Assembly (NCBI GenBank): GCA_964465375.1
Contig: CAYXIJ010000014.1
Coordinates: forward strand, 735-64,734
Length of the DNA: 64,000 nt
Direction of reading: 5' to 3'
Source of the DNA: an uncultured Gammaproteobacteria bacterium
GTDB lineage: Bacteria; Pseudomonadota; Gammaproteobacteria; Steroidobacterales; Rariloculaceae
Below are positions 24,779-35,094 of the stretch, in pieces. Every line of letters begins with the position of its first letter. Position 1 is the first letter of the stretch. The notes beneath the pieces were generated by a model. That model was not told the origin of the DNA. It saw only the letters and a program-made list of their open reading frames with translations, and searched no databases. The translations under genes and the position numbers were made by a program.

Positions 24779-25210
24779 ATGCGCTTGAATTCTCTTAAAC
24801 CAGCCCCAGGCAGTAGGCGAAATGCAAAGCGTGTGGGACGTGGAGCAGCTGCCGGAAATGGAAAGACCTGTGGCCGAGGCATGAAAGGCCAGCATTCGCG
24901 TTCTGGCGGCTACCATAAGGTTGGTTTTGAAGGGGGTCAGATGCCTCTTCAGAGGCGGCTCCCTAAGATTGGATTCCACTCGATGCGCGGTCATCTGAGG
25001 GTGGAAGTTCGTCTTCATGAGCTTGCTCTGGTGGAGGGAGATATGGCAAGTCTTGAAACCCTGAAAAGGGCGCGGCTCATACCAAAAAGAACTGAGCGAG
25101 CTAAAATTATTGCCTCCGGTACCTTAAGCAAGGCGATCACGGTCAAGGGAATTGCTGTAACAGCGGGCGCTCGTCAAGCTATTGAGGCTGCTGGCGGTAG
25201 CGTGGAGTGA
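24779..25210 (+). CDS. rplO: 50S ribosomal protein L15
   Basis: KRVGRG, GFEGGQMPLQRRLPK. Confidence 0.98.
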   Translation: MRLNSLKPAPGSRRNAKRVGRGAAAGNGKTCGRGMKGQHSRSGGYHKVGFEGGQMPLQRRLPKIGFHSMRGHLRVEVRLHELALVEGDMASLETLKRARLIPKRTERAKIIASGTLSKAITVKGIAVTAGARQAIEAAGGSVE

Positions 25211-25222
25211 AGGGGAACATGA

Positions 25223-26560
25223 GTGGCTAAGCTAGGTGCAGCGAATCCGGCATCTGTTATAGGTGAAGCAACCCGCTTTGGGGATGTACGCCAACGTTTA
25301 TTATTTTTGATTGGAGCGTTGGTGGTATATCGCATCGGCACATTCATACCTGTTCCGGGAATTGATCCAATTGCATTAGATCAATTTTTTGAGCAACAAT
25401 CCGGAACGATTCTTAGCATGTTTAACATGTTTTCCGGTGGCGCACTAGAACGTTTGTCAATATTCGCTTTGGGAATCATGCCGTACATTTCTGCGTCCAT
25501 TATTATGCAGATGGCGACCCATGTGGTACCAACATTAGGTCAGTTGCGAAAGGAAGGTGAAGCGGGAAGACGCAAAATTACTCAGTACACAAGATACGGT
25601 ACGGTGATACTTTGTACTTTTCAGTCTACGGCCGCCGCCACTGCATTACAAAATCAGGGCATCGTGATTAATCCTGGGCCAAACTTTGTACTAACTGCTG
25701 CCATAACGTTGGTTACAGGAACTATGTTTTTGATGTGGTTGGGAGAGCAAATTACCGAGCGTGGTGTGGGTAATGGCATTTCTATGATTATTCTAGCTAG
25801 CATAATATCGGGTTTACCTTCGGCTATTGGCGGTACTCTAGAGCTGGTAAATACGGGTGAAATGTCAGGTGCACTGGCACTAATTCTGATTATTTTAGTT
25901 CTGTTGGTGGTTTGGGCAGTGGTCTTTATGGAGCGGGCACAGCGACGTATAACGGTTAACTACGCGAAGCGTCAACAGGGGCGCCGTATGTATGCTGGTC
26001 AGACCAGTCATCTGCCTTTTAAAATAAATATGGCAGGTGTTATTCCGCCTATTTTTGCTTCTAGTTTGATCTTATTTCCTGCAACAGTGGCAAGTTGGTT
26101 TGGAACTAGTCAAGCAGTTTCTTGGCTGCAACGAGTCGCGGCCAGTCTTTCTCCTGGACAGCCCATTTACATACTCATATACGCATCATTGATAATCTTT
26201 TTCTGTTTTTTCTATACGGCACTCGTTTTTAATTCGCGCGAGACAGCGGATAACCTTAAACGTTCGGGCGCTTTTATCCCCGGCATTCGGCCGGGTCAGC
26301 AGACCGCAGAATATATAGACAAAGTTCTCACGCGCCTGACTTTTTGGGGCGCGATGTACATCACTGTAGTGTGTTTGTTACCAGAGTTTATGATTTTAAA
26401 TTTTCGCGTGCCTTTTTACTTTGGTGGTACATCACTATTAATTATTGTGGTTGTATCCATGGATTTCATGTCACAAATGCAGGCTCATATGATGAGCCAT
26501 CAATATGAAGGTCTTTTGAAAAAGGCAAATCTTCGTGGAGGATATGGACGGGCGAGCTAA
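25223..26560 (+). CDS. secY: Preprotein translocase subunit SecY
   Basis: [49 protein letters not shown]; GTG start. Confidence 0.99.
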   Translation: MAKLGAANPASVIGEATRFGDVRQRLLFLIGALVVYRIGTFIPVPGIDPIALDQFFEQQSGTILSMFNMFSGGALERLSIFALGIMPYISASIIMQMATHVVPTLGQLRKEGEAGRRKITQYTRYGTVILCTFQSTAAATALQNQGIVINPGPNFVLTAAITLVTGTMFLMWLGEQITERGVGNGISMIILASIISGLPSAIGGTLELVNTGEMSGALALILIILVLLVVWAVVFMERAQRRITVNYAKRQQGRRMYAGQTSHLPFKINMAGVIPPIFASSLILFPATVASWFGTSQAVSWLQRVAASLSPGQPIYILIYASLIIFFCFFYTALVFNSRETADNLKRSGAFIPGIRPGQQTAEYIDKVLTRLTFWGAMYITVVCLLPEFMILNFRVPFYFGGTSLLIIVVVSMDFMSQMQAHMMSHQYEGLLKKANLRGGYGRAS

Positions 26561-26583
26561 AGTACGGCGCGCGGAATTAAGTT

Positions 26584-26697
26584 ATGAAAGTTAGAGCATC
26601 TGTAAAGAAAATCTGTCGGAATTGTAAAATAGTTCGGCGTAATGGCGTAGTTAGGGTTCTCTGCTCGAACCCGCGCCATAAGCAGCGACAGGGCTAA
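26584..26697 (+). CDS. rpmJ: 50S ribosomal protein L36 (zinc-ribbon form); not in the ORF track
   Basis: Translated by hand: [37 protein letters not shown]. Confidence 0.97.
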   Translation: MKVRASVKKICRNCKIVRRNGVVRVLCSNPRHKQRQG

Positions 26698-26715
26698 AGG
26701 CGGGGAGAATATTTT

Positions 26716-27072
26716 ATGGCACGCATAGCTGGAATAAATGTTCCTGATACCAAGGATGTGGGCATTGCATTGACTCACATTTATGGCGTTGGACGTAGTC
26801 TTGCTCGACAAGCGTGTCACGCTGCTGACGTGGATCCCGCTACTAAGGTTAAGGACTTGAGTGAGCCAGAGGTCGTCAAGCTGCGAGATGTGATCAGCGA
26901 ATTTAATATAGAAGGTGATTTACGGCGAGAGACCGCAATGAATATTAAGCGGCTTATGGATCTTGGTTCGTATAGAGGTATACGACATAGGCGTGGTTTA
27001 CCGACTCGTGGTCAGCGAACGCGTACTAATGCACGTTGTCGAAAGGGTCCTAAGCGGCCCATGAGAAAATAG
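26716..27072 (+). CDS. rpsM: 30S ribosomal protein S13
   Basis: [27 protein letters not shown]. Confidence 0.98.
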   Translation: MARIAGINVPDTKDVGIALTHIYGVGRSLARQACHAADVDPATKVKDLSEPEVVKLRDVISEFNIEGDLRRETAMNIKRLMDLGSYRGIRHRRGLPTRGQRTRTNARCRKGPKRPMRK

Positions 27073-27089
27073 GAGTCTAAAAGAAAATT

Positions 27090-27476
27090 ATGGCCCAGCC
27101 GACTCGTACAAGACGGAAGGTAAAGCGTCAAATTCTTGATGCTATAGCGCACATTCACGCGTCATTCAACAATACCATTATCACGATAACAGATAGACAG
27201 GGTAATGCTCTTAGTTGGGCAACAGCCGGTGGTTGTGGATTTCGTGGTTCTCGAAAAAGTACTCCTTTTGCTGCACAAGTGGCTGCTGAACGTGCAGGTA
27301 CGGCGGCAATGGATTATGGCGTGAAGAATCTAGAGGTACGCGTAAAGGGCCCTGGCCCAGGCAGAGAGTCCGCTGTGCGCGCACTAAATTCAGTCGGTTT
27401 TAGGATCACGCAAATCGAAGACGTGACCCCAATACCACATAATGGGTGCCGCCCTCCAAAGCGGCGCCGGGTGTAA
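27090..27476 (+). CDS. rpsK: 30S ribosomal protein S11
   Basis: [31 protein letters not shown]. Confidence 0.98.
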   Translation: MAQPTRTRRKVKRQILDAIAHIHASFNNTIITITDRQGNALSWATAGGCGFRGSRKSTPFAAQVAAERAGTAAMDYGVKNLEVRVKGPGPGRESAVRALNSVGFRITQIEDVTPIPHNGCRPPKRRRV

Positions 27477-27488
27477 TTGGAATTTATT

Positions 27489-28109
27489 ATGGCAAGATAT
27501 ATAGGTCCAACATGCAAACTTGCCCGCCGAGAGGGTACTGATTTGTTTCTTAAGAGTGGCGTTAAGCCACTTGAGTCGAAGTGCAAATTAGAGGTGCCTC
27601 CGGGTGGCCCAGGTCAGAGGCGTACACGCTTATCGGATTATGGATTGCAGCTTCGGGAAAAACAGAAGCTCCGCCGAATGTACGGGGTGCTAGAACGTCA
27701 ATTTCGCAACTACTATAAAAAAGCTGCGAAGGGTAAGGGCTCCACGGGAGAAAATCTCCTTCGAATGCTGGAGTCCCGTTTGGATAATGTGGTTTATCGA
27801 ATGGGTTTTGCGTCAACACGAGCAGAGGCACGTCAACTCGTAAACCACAAGGGAATTTCAGTAAACGAAAGAACTGTGAATATACCTTCTTATCAGCTGA
27901 AGGTAGGCGATAAAGTGGAGATCCGCAATCGTGCGAAAGAGCAGACGAGGATTAGGTCCGCATTAGATATCGCTACGCAGGTTGGTTTTCCAGAGTGGGT
28001 TGATGTTGACGACAAAAAAATGGAGGGATTACTGAAAGCTCTGCCAGAGCGGGACGAAATTCTCCATGACATTAACGAGAATTTAGTGGTAGAGCTCTAC
28101 TCAAAGTAA
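27489..28109 (+). CDS. rpsD: 30S ribosomal protein S4
   Basis: [40 protein letters not shown]; ATG 27489. Confidence 0.98.
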   Translation: MARYIGPTCKLARREGTDLFLKSGVKPLESKCKLEVPPGGPGQRRTRLSDYGLQLREKQKLRRMYGVLERQFRNYYKKAAKGKGSTGENLLRMLESRLDNVVYRMGFASTRAEARQLVNHKGISVNERTVNIPSYQLKVGDKVEIRNRAKEQTRIRSALDIATQVGFPEWVDVDDKKMEGLLKALPERDEILHDINENLVVELYSK

Positions 28110-28125
28110 TGTGAGGTTAATCTAG

Positions 28126-29139
28126 ATGCAACAGGAAGTTATATCAGAATTTTTGAGGCCCAGGGGAGTCAAAATTCAGTCCCTTAGTGCTAATCGAGCG
28201 AGAATAACCGTAGAGCCTTTTGAGAGGGGATTCGGTCATACTTTGGGTAATGCTTTGAGGCGAGTTTTATTATCTTCGATGCCAGGAGCAGCCGTCATAG
28301 AGGCAGAAATTGAAGGAGTGTTGCATGAATATACAAGCATTCAGGGCATTCAAGAGGATGTGGTCGATATATTATTAAATCTAAAGGAAGTAGCTATAAA
28401 GATGCATAATAGAAATGAGGCTGAACTTTCTCTTTCTAAGACAGGGCCTGGACCTGCTACGGCCGGTGACATTATTTGTGATCATGACATCGAAATTGTT
28501 AATCCTGATTTAGTACTTGCGAATTTAACTGACGCTGGGGAAATTAGAGTTTTTCTGAAGGTCGCTAAAGGACGCGGCTACCAGCCAGCTGCAAATCAAG
28601 CTACATTTGAAGAGCCGACACGACCTATTGGAAAATTACAGTTGGATGCGTCATTTAGCCCAGTTCGTCGTGTTACCTATAATGTGGAAAGCGCGAGAGT
28701 TGAGCAGCGCACGGACCTCGATAAACTAATAATTGAAATAGAAACCAATGGAACAATCGATCCAGAAGAAGCCATCCGATATGCAGGTGAAATCCTTAAA
28801 AATCAGCTAGAAGTATTTGTAGATTTACAGGGTGAAGATGATATGGGGCTTGGATTAGCCGAAGTTCAAGTAGATGCAATTTTATTGCGCCCTGTGGATG
28901 AACTGGAACTCACGGTTCGTTCGGCGAATTGCTTAAAGTCGGAGGATATCAACTATATAGGGGATCTTGTTCAGCGAACTGAGGTGGAGTTGTTGCGTAC
29001 GCCCAACCTTGGTAAGAAGTCCCTGACAGAGATTAAAGAGGTACTTGAGTCACACGATCTAGTGCTTGGTACTCGTCTTGAGAATTGGCCACCAGCGGCC
29101 CTGCAAAAAGAGCAGGAACTGCTGTCGGAAGTTCTCTGA
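28126..29139 (+). CDS. rpoA: RNA polymerase alpha subunit
   Basis: [39 protein letters not shown]. Confidence 0.99.
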   Translation: MQQEVISEFLRPRGVKIQSLSANRARITVEPFERGFGHTLGNALRRVLLSSMPGAAVIEAEIEGVLHEYTSIQGIQEDVVDILLNLKEVAIKMHNRNEAELSLSKTGPGPATAGDIICDHDIEIVNPDLVLANLTDAGEIRVFLKVAKGRGYQPAANQATFEEPTRPIGKLQLDASFSPVRRVTYNVESARVEQRTDLDKLIIEIETNGTIDPEEAIRYAGEILKNQLEVFVDLQGEDDMGLGLAEVQVDAILLRPVDELELTVRSANCLKSEDINYIGDLVQRTEVELLRTPNLGKKSLTEIKEVLESHDLVLGTRLENWPPAALQKEQELLSEVL

Positions 29140-29158
29140 TCGTCTTGGAGAACTCAGA

Positions 29159-29533
29159 ATGAGGCATCGAAAATCTGGGCGAAGACTTGGAAGGAATTCC
29201 GCCCATCGCAAGGCAATGTATCGAAATATGGCAGCTTCCCTAATGAGACATGAGACAATCAGGACAACTTTGCCCAAGGCGAAGGAATTGCGTCGGGTGG
29301 TAGAGCCACTGATTACTTTGGCGAAGGATGACCATGTATCGAAGCGGAGACTTGCATTTTCCCGATTACGCGATGAAGTAGCAGTGGGCAAGCTTTTTAA
29401 TGAGCTTGGCCCACGGTTTAAGGATCGCCCAGGGGGGTATTTGAGAATACTGAAAATTGGGCGTCGACCAGGTGATGCAGCGCCTATGGCTCTTGTTCAA
29501 CTACTTGATCAGCCTGATATGGAATCCAGTTGA
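29159..29533 (+). CDS. rplQ: 50S ribosomal protein L17
   Basis: [30 protein letters not shown]; ATG 29159. Confidence 0.98.
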   Translation: MRHRKSGRRLGRNSAHRKAMYRNMAASLMRHETIRTTLPKAKELRRVVEPLITLAKDDHVSKRRLAFSRLRDEVAVGKLFNELGPRFKDRPGGYLRILKIGRRPGDAAPMALVQLLDQPDMESS

Positions 29534-29585
29534 TTGCACATTTTCCTCTGGCTACTTAACCAATAATCTTTCTGGTTGTCAGGCT

Positions 29586-29601
29586 GAGGGGCTCCCTTTT
29601 T
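29586..29601 (+). terminator. Possible weak intrinsic terminator after rplQ
   Basis: GAGGG-GCT-CCCTT stem running into a short T tract, between convergent genes. Confidence 0.3.
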
Positions 29602-29606
29602 GAGGG

Positions 29607-30329
29607 TTAGGCTTGCAGAGTATTAGATTTTTTTCGCAAGCGTAAGCGTACTCGTAATCTCCGCAAAGTGATCTTTTGCCATACAATTCTAATCAACCGG
29701 GCAATGCGTTCTTCAGGAAGTGGGTTATATATTTTAGCATCAGCAGGCGAAAGATTTTCAAAGCGCCGTTGGTATTTAAGTTTAATCCATGCATTATAAT
29801 CTGCTTGCGCTATTCTTTTAAAAACCCACCAATTCCACCAACTATATCGGTCTTTTCTAAGATAAGCAGTTCCAAAGTCGATTACGTAGGGTTGTTCGTC
29901 CTGAGTCACGAGAATATTATCCTTTCTTTTTAGGTCGCCATGGGCAACACCTGCTTGATGCATTGCTTTCACAATAGCGAGAAGATCCTTAAAGAATTTA
30001 TCCCGATCTTGAAGCTTGGTTTCGTATTTGCGAAACGTTTGTCCTGGAAGATGCTCTAGGAGTAAATATTTTTTGTCAATGAGTCCAAGACATTTAGGAA
30101 TTCCAGGAACATCAAGTAAGTATTGATATACTGAAAATTCTCTGCGAATTGTAGCTTCTCGAAAACTTCTCAAAAGAAAGTTTCCATGGACACGCTTTAG
30201 GGCAAAATCTCCAAAGGGGCTCTTATAGAGATCAATTGAAGCTTGGTATCCCTTACCCAATGGCTTTCCTGAAGAATCAAGTTCAGTACGAAGCCAAGAT
30301 CTGAGTTGTTCTAAATTCTTTGATGTCAC
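29607..30329 (-). CDS. Protein-kinase-like fold phosphotransferase (RIO1-like or Kdo/WaaP-like)
   Basis: Gly loop LGKGYQA, ALKR, catalytic HGDLKRKDNILV, IDFG; basic amphipathic C-terminus. Confidence 0.8.
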   Translation of the reverse strand: MTSKNLEQLRSWLRTELDSSGKPLGKGYQASIDLYKSPFGDFALKRVHGNFLLRSFREATIRREFSVYQYLLDVPGIPKCLGLIDKKYLLLEHLPGQTFRKYETKLQDRDKFFKDLLAIVKAMHQAGVAHGDLKRKDNILVTQDEQPYVIDFGTAYLRKDRYSWWNWWVFKRIAQADYNAWIKLKYQRRFENLSPADAKIYNPLPEERIARLIRIVWQKITLRRLRVRLRLRKKSNTLQA

Positions 30330-30335
30330 AGTTAG

Positions 30336-30926
30336 TCAATAAAGTTTCCGTGAAATCAATATAAGGCAATATAAGATAAATAAAGTGATTACAGGTTCCC
30401 CATTATTCTTTAAGCTTTTTATGAAGGACCATCTCCCAGAGCTAGACAACTTAATTTTAGTAAGCTTTGGTATTAGTGCTGGTACCCTCTCGGACCAACT
30501 TTTCCATAGGGGGCCAAATAATTTATATAATTTCCTATCTTCGTATTCAATAGCTGCTGGATAGTAAAAAAAGAAAAAAAGTAGTGCTATAGGGACGGAC
30601 CAAAAGTTTCCAGAAGAAATTGAAAAACCCAATATAATTAGTATGTTACCAGAATACAAAGGATGCCGAACGAGAGCATAAGGACCTGTTGTCGCAAGTT
30701 CCATATTTTTCACAATGTACCCACTCGCAAATAGTCGCAACATTGTTCCAGCTAACATAAGTGGCACACTCGCTAAAAACAAAAATAGAGTTGGTTGTGC
30801 AATAGAGGTAAAAAAAATAATTAACAGTATTGCTAGAAATTGTCGGGAAGTTTCGTGATAGCGTAGCTCTCTAAGTATATAGGGGAAACCATGAAGCGGT
30901 GGCAAATCTTGCGTACGATGCGACAT
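30336..30926 (-). CDS. Isoprenylcysteine-carboxyl/phospholipid methyltransferase family membrane protein (ICMT/PEMT)
   Basis: LATTGPYALVRHPLYSG and YED..L...FG..W..W...VP..IP motifs; several TM segments. Confidence 0.85.
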   Translation of the reverse strand: MSHRTQDLPPLHGFPYILRELRYHETSRQFLAILLIIFFTSIAQPTLFLFLASVPLMLAGTMLRLFASGYIVKNMELATTGPYALVRHPLYSGNILIILGFSISSGNFWSVPIALLFFFFYYPAAIEYEDRKLYKLFGPLWKSWSERVPALIPKLTKIKLSSSGRWSFIKSLKNNGEPVITLFILYCLILISRKLY

Positions 30927-30944
30927 TAGGATTCCTTGTCTCTG

Positions 30945-32309
30945 TTAAAAAATACTTACTGCACTCATAGAGCTCATAGAAGGCAAAAATTGTCTTGTTA
31001 AATTACGAGTTTTTGAGGTAGTAACAACAATGTTATCTTCGATTCTAACACCTCCAAAGGGTATGAATTCCTCTATTAGGTCCCAATTGATATGCTTTTT
31101 GTGAGTGGACACAGAAAGTTTTTTTAATAGCATTGGAATAAAATAAATCCCAGGCTCAATCGTTAAAACGAATCCAGGTTCGAGAACCCGAGTTAGGCGT
31201 AGGTGGGGATGTTCAGCTGGCGGGGGCAGTAGAGCCCCGTTCGGTGTTTTTTGATGACCCCCGGCATCATGAACTTGGAGGCCTAATAAATGACCCAGAC
31301 CGTGAGGAAAAAAGGTACGCGTGATGCCCGCTTCATAGGCTTGAGCTGCACTGCAAAACACCAATTTATGTTTTGAGAGAATTTCTGCTACCAATCTGTG
31401 GGCTTGATCGTTTAGCTCGACGAAGTCGGTTCCTTTTACTGCTTGAGAACACAAGAATTGTTGCATGGAATCCATGTCAGCTATCAATTTCTGAAATCTT
31501 CGATTTTGGGCACAGCAAGTGCGCGTGATGTCTGATGCGTAACCATTGAATTGAGCACCAGCGTCCAGTAGAAGAGAATGAATTTCTGCCGGAGATCTTT
31601 GGTTTAGATTTTGGTAGTGGAGAATGGAAGCATGTTCGTTAAGAGCAACAACATTTGGGTAAGGAAGTTCTGTTTCGCGCTGATTGGTAGCAGCACAGTA
31701 GGCGTGATTGATGTGAAATTCTGATACCTCTAATGGAAAAGTATTTTTTGCAGCAATGTGTCCTTGGGCTGCAATCTGGTTAGCATATTCTATGCACTTA
31801 ATTTCGTAGTCGGTTTTAAATGCTCGGAAATAGTTTAATTCGTTTAGTAGTCTAGGATCATTAAAGACGGCGGAATCACCAGTGTTATCAGCGTCGGGCC
31901 CAATAAACGCTTTTTTCATTTTTGTGGGCATTACCATTTTCAACGCATCATCTGATGTTTCGGCAATTTGAATATTAAAATATTGCACCCAGTGACCCTC
32001 GGGATCCGGGACGGTTTCCTGCCAGTAATTCTTGGGTTGCACGTAAACGAGTAGCGGCCTTTCGGCAGGCGTAAGTCTTAAGACGCAGCCAGGGCTTTGG
32101 GTTAGAGGAACCCAAGCATTAAAATGGGGCTCGACCGAATAGGGATAGCTGAGGCCGCTTCTGCCGATCTGTTGATGGTTTCCAGCTAAAATCACCATAC
32201 TATCGTAGCCAGTCGTTTCCAGCGCATTTTCTAGGCGTCCATTCAGCACGTCTAAATGATGAGAAAATAATGTTGAGAAGGAAGCTGACTCTGGGTGTTT
32301 TGTTGGCAT
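30945..32309 (-). CDS. pepQ: Xaa-Pro dipeptidase (prolidase, M24B)
   Basis: LLDAGA..NGYASDITRT, PHGLGHLLGLQVHD, TIEPGIY, GGVRIEDN. Confidence 0.92.
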   Translation of the reverse strand: MPTKHPESASFSTLFSHHLDVLNGRLENALETTGYDSMVILAGNHQQIGRSGLSYPYSVEPHFNAWVPLTQSPGCVLRLTPAERPLLVYVQPKNYWQETVPDPEGHWVQYFNIQIAETSDDALKMVMPTKMKKAFIGPDADNTGDSAVFNDPRLLNELNYFRAFKTDYEIKCIEYANQIAAQGHIAAKNTFPLEVSEFHINHAYCAATNQRETELPYPNVVALNEHASILHYQNLNQRSPAEIHSLLLDAGAQFNGYASDITRTCCAQNRRFQKLIADMDSMQQFLCSQAVKGTDFVELNDQAHRLVAEILSKHKLVFCSAAQAYEAGITRTFFPHGLGHLLGLQVHDAGGHQKTPNGALLPPPAEHPHLRLTRVLEPGFVLTIEPGIYFIPMLLKKLSVSTHKKHINWDLIEEFIPFGGVRIEDNIVVTTSKTRNLTRQFLPSMSSMSAVSIF

Positions 32310-32403
32310 TTGAAGGCTAATTTTTTAAGTACATCCGTATTTTGGTTAACACACTGCTCAATCTCAGGAATAATAGACGGTCTATCAATGTGTACCAAGT
32401 CCA

Positions 32404-34053
32404 ATGGATAGGTCCTTTAGCAAATATTTTTCAACCCGCCCAGTCGTTATGGCGAACAATGGCATGGCGGCCACAAGCCAGCCTCTTGCTACAGAGATTG
32501 CCGTAGAGATTTTGAAAAAGGGAGGTACTGCTATTGATGCTGCTATATCTGCCAACGCTGCGTTGGGATTAATGGAGCCTACAGGCGCTGGAATTGGTGG
32601 CGATTTATTCGCGATTGTCTGGGATGCGAGTGAAGGGAAATTGCATGGCTTGAATGCTAGCGGTAGGGCACCGAAAAGCTTGCAGTTAGAGCGCCTCAGG
32701 GAACTTTGTATCGATGCGATTCCAGAATATGGGCCGCTTTCAGTTAGTGTTCCTGGTGCAGTGGATGGATGGTTTGCATTGCACAAACGATTTGGTCGAC
32801 TGTCCATGGAAGAGATTCTGGCACCCGCGATTGAGTACGCTAAAAAAGGGTTTCCAGTAACCGAGGTGATTGCGGGTGAATGGTCAGAGAGCGCTGGTGA
32901 CCTTCATTCTTTTCCGGGATTTTCAGAGCTTTTTATGCCGGGAGGACGCCCTCCTGCTGCCGGTGAGATTTTCAAAAATCCACGGCTTGGAGAGACGTAT
33001 AGTATCCTGGCGAGTGATGGGCGTGATGCCTTTTATAGTGGAGACATAGCCCGAGGGATTCATGATTACATGCATACTAACGGGGGATATCTTAGCTATG
33101 AAGATTTTACTAGCCATCAATCTGATTGGGTTAAGCCTGTGTCGACAAACTATCGAGGCCATGAGGTTTGGGAATTGCCGCCAAGTGGCCAGGGCATTGC
33201 TGTATTGCAGATGTTGAACATACTTGAAGCATATGACTTAAAAAAGATGGGATTTGGCAGTTCACAGTACCTTCATCTTTTGATAGAGGCTAAGAAGCTT
33301 GTTTTTGAGGACCGCGCTCGCTATTACGCGGACCCAGAGTTTAGCGAAATACCCGTAGATAAACTGATATCTAAGCAGTATGCAGCTAGCAGGCGCGCGT
33401 TAATCAATACTGAACGAGCCTCTCATGAGCTATCTTATGGAGACCCTGAAATGCTGGCGCACGGTGACACTGTCTATCTTACAGTGGCAGATAGCGCAGG
33501 GAATATGGTGTCACTAATTCAAAGCAACTATCGAGGCATGGGATCGGGGATGACCATCGCCAACCTAGGCTTTGGCTTGCAAAGTCGTGGCGAATTATTC
33601 AGTCTCGAGACTGGCCACCCTAATGTGTATGCGCCCGGGAAAAGGCCATTTCATACAATTATTCCAGCTTTTGTCACGAGAGACGACGGATCATTGCTAA
33701 CTTTTGGTGTTATGGGTGCTGATATGCAGCCCCAAGGTCAGGTACAAATATTGGTCAACTTGATTGACTTTGAAATGAACCTCCAAGAAGCTGGGGATGC
33801 GCCGCGTATTCGTCACAATGGGTCCTCAAGCCCAACGGGGGATGTCATGAGCGATAGTGGAACGGTTCTATTCGAATCCGGATTTAAACCGGATGTGCTT
33901 GATACGTTGGAGGGGTACGGCCATCGCAAGGGGCACAATGAGGATGGTGAGAGTGCCTTTGGTGGCTATCAGGCAATTCTTCGGGAAAAAGATCAAGGTG
34001 TTTATCTAGGTGCTTCAGAATCGAGGAAAGATGGTCATGCGGCAGGTTATTGA
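32404..34053 (+). CDS. ggt: Gamma-glutamyltransferase family protein
   Basis: AATSQPLA, GG.AIDAAI, GIGGDLF, autoprocessing site GD/TVYLTVAD, PGKRPFHTIIP, GVMG..MQPQG. Confidence 0.92.
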   Translation: MDRSFSKYFSTRPVVMANNGMAATSQPLATEIAVEILKKGGTAIDAAISANAALGLMEPTGAGIGGDLFAIVWDASEGKLHGLNASGRAPKSLQLERLRELCIDAIPEYGPLSVSVPGAVDGWFALHKRFGRLSMEEILAPAIEYAKKGFPVTEVIAGEWSESAGDLHSFPGFSELFMPGGRPPAAGEIFKNPRLGETYSILASDGRDAFYSGDIARGIHDYMHTNGGYLSYEDFTSHQSDWVKPVSTNYRGHEVWELPPSGQGIAVLQMLNILEAYDLKKMGFGSSQYLHLLIEAKKLVFEDRARYYADPEFSEIPVDKLISKQYAASRRALINTERASHELSYGDPEMLAHGDTVYLTVADSAGNMVSLIQSNYRGMGSGMTIANLGFGLQSRGELFSLETGHPNVYAPGKRPFHTIIPAFVTRDDGSLLTFGVMGADMQPQGQVQILVNLIDFEMNLQEAGDAPRIRHNGSSSPTGDVMSDSGTVLFESGFKPDVLDTLEGYGHRKGHNEDGESAFGGYQAILREKDQGVYLGASESRKDGHAAGY

Positions 34054-34062
34054 GGATTTTGG

Positions 34063-35094
34063 GTGAAGCGCATGGAAATGGTCTTGCCAGGAGAAACAGT
34101 TTTAACGGGAATTACTACCTCGGGCACTCCTCATATTGGAAATTATGTGGGAGCAATTAGGCCATCTGTTGTTGCGAGTGAAGTGGTCGATGCCAAGTTT
34201 TTTTTCTTTCTTGCAGACTATCATTCTTTGATCAAAAACAAGGACCCAGCACAAATAGCGACGTCAACGCTTGAGATTGCATCGAGCTGGTTGGCAGCTG
34301 GATTGGATCCAGATCGAGTAATTTTATACCGTCAGTCTGATATTCCAGAGATCTTAGAGCTGACCTGGTTGCTCACTTGCTTGACATCCAAAGGCTTAAT
34401 GAATAGGGCGCATGCGTATAAGGCTGCAGTAGCCGCTAATGAAAAATCACAGGATAAAGATCCAGAAAAAGGTATTACCATGGGACTTTTTTGTTATCCC
34501 ATCCTAATGGCGGCTGACATCCTTATGTTTAATGCCAACAAGGTACCCGTAGGCAGCGATCAGAAGCAGCATGTAGAGATGGCGCGAGACATAGCCGGTA
34601 GCTTCAATCACCAGTTCGGGCAGACATTTGTCCTTCCCGAGCCCCTCATTAGCGATAATACTTCAATGTTGCCGGGTCTAGATGGCCGCAAGATGTCCAA
34701 AAGTTACAGGAATACTATTTCTCTTTTTACGCCAGAGAAAAATTTGCGCAAATCAATTATGAAAATAAAAACCAATTCGCAAGAACCAGGCGAACCAAAA
34801 GACCCAGAAAGCAGTTCGTTATTTTCGATATATCGTGCATTTGCTACTGGACCAGAAACGGAAGCTATGCGACAACGCTATGTTGACGGTATAGGCTGGG
34901 GTGAGATGAAGGACTGTGTTTTTCAGTATCTCAATGATCATTTGAAGGCGACCCGCGGGGAATATAATCGCTTGGTTGCGGCCCCAGATTATGTAGAAGA
35001 TGTTCTGCGTAAAGGCGCGGACAAGGCTCGTGCAGTCAGTGGTCCATTTATGGATCAAATTCGCAGTAACGTGGGGCTTAAGGCTCTCAGTTAA
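34063..35094 (+). CDS. trpS: Tryptophan--tRNA ligase
   Basis: [41 protein letters not shown]; start may be ATG 34072 or 34078. Confidence 0.96.
   Translation: MKRMEMVLPGETVLTGITTSGTPHIGNYVGAIRPSVVASEVVDAKFFFFLADYHSLIKNKDPAQIATSTLEIASSWLAAGLDPDRVILYRQSDIPEILELTWLLTCLTSKGLMNRAHAYKAAVAANEKSQDKDPEKGITMGLFCYPILMAADILMFNANKVPVGSDQKQHVEMARDIAGSFNHQFGQTFVLPEPLISDNTSMLPGLDGRKMSKSYRNTISLFTPEKNLRKSIMKIKTNSQEPGEPKDPESSSLFSIYRAFATGPETEAMRQRYVDGIGWGEMKDCVFQYLNDHLKATRGEYNRLVAAPDYVEDVLRKGADKARAVSGPFMDQIRSNVGLKALS

Noticed and set aside
34063-35094. trpS as a truncated pseudogene, since some relatives have a longer C-terminus
   Set aside because: All catalytic motifs and the anticodon-binding domain are present; length is normal for TrpRS
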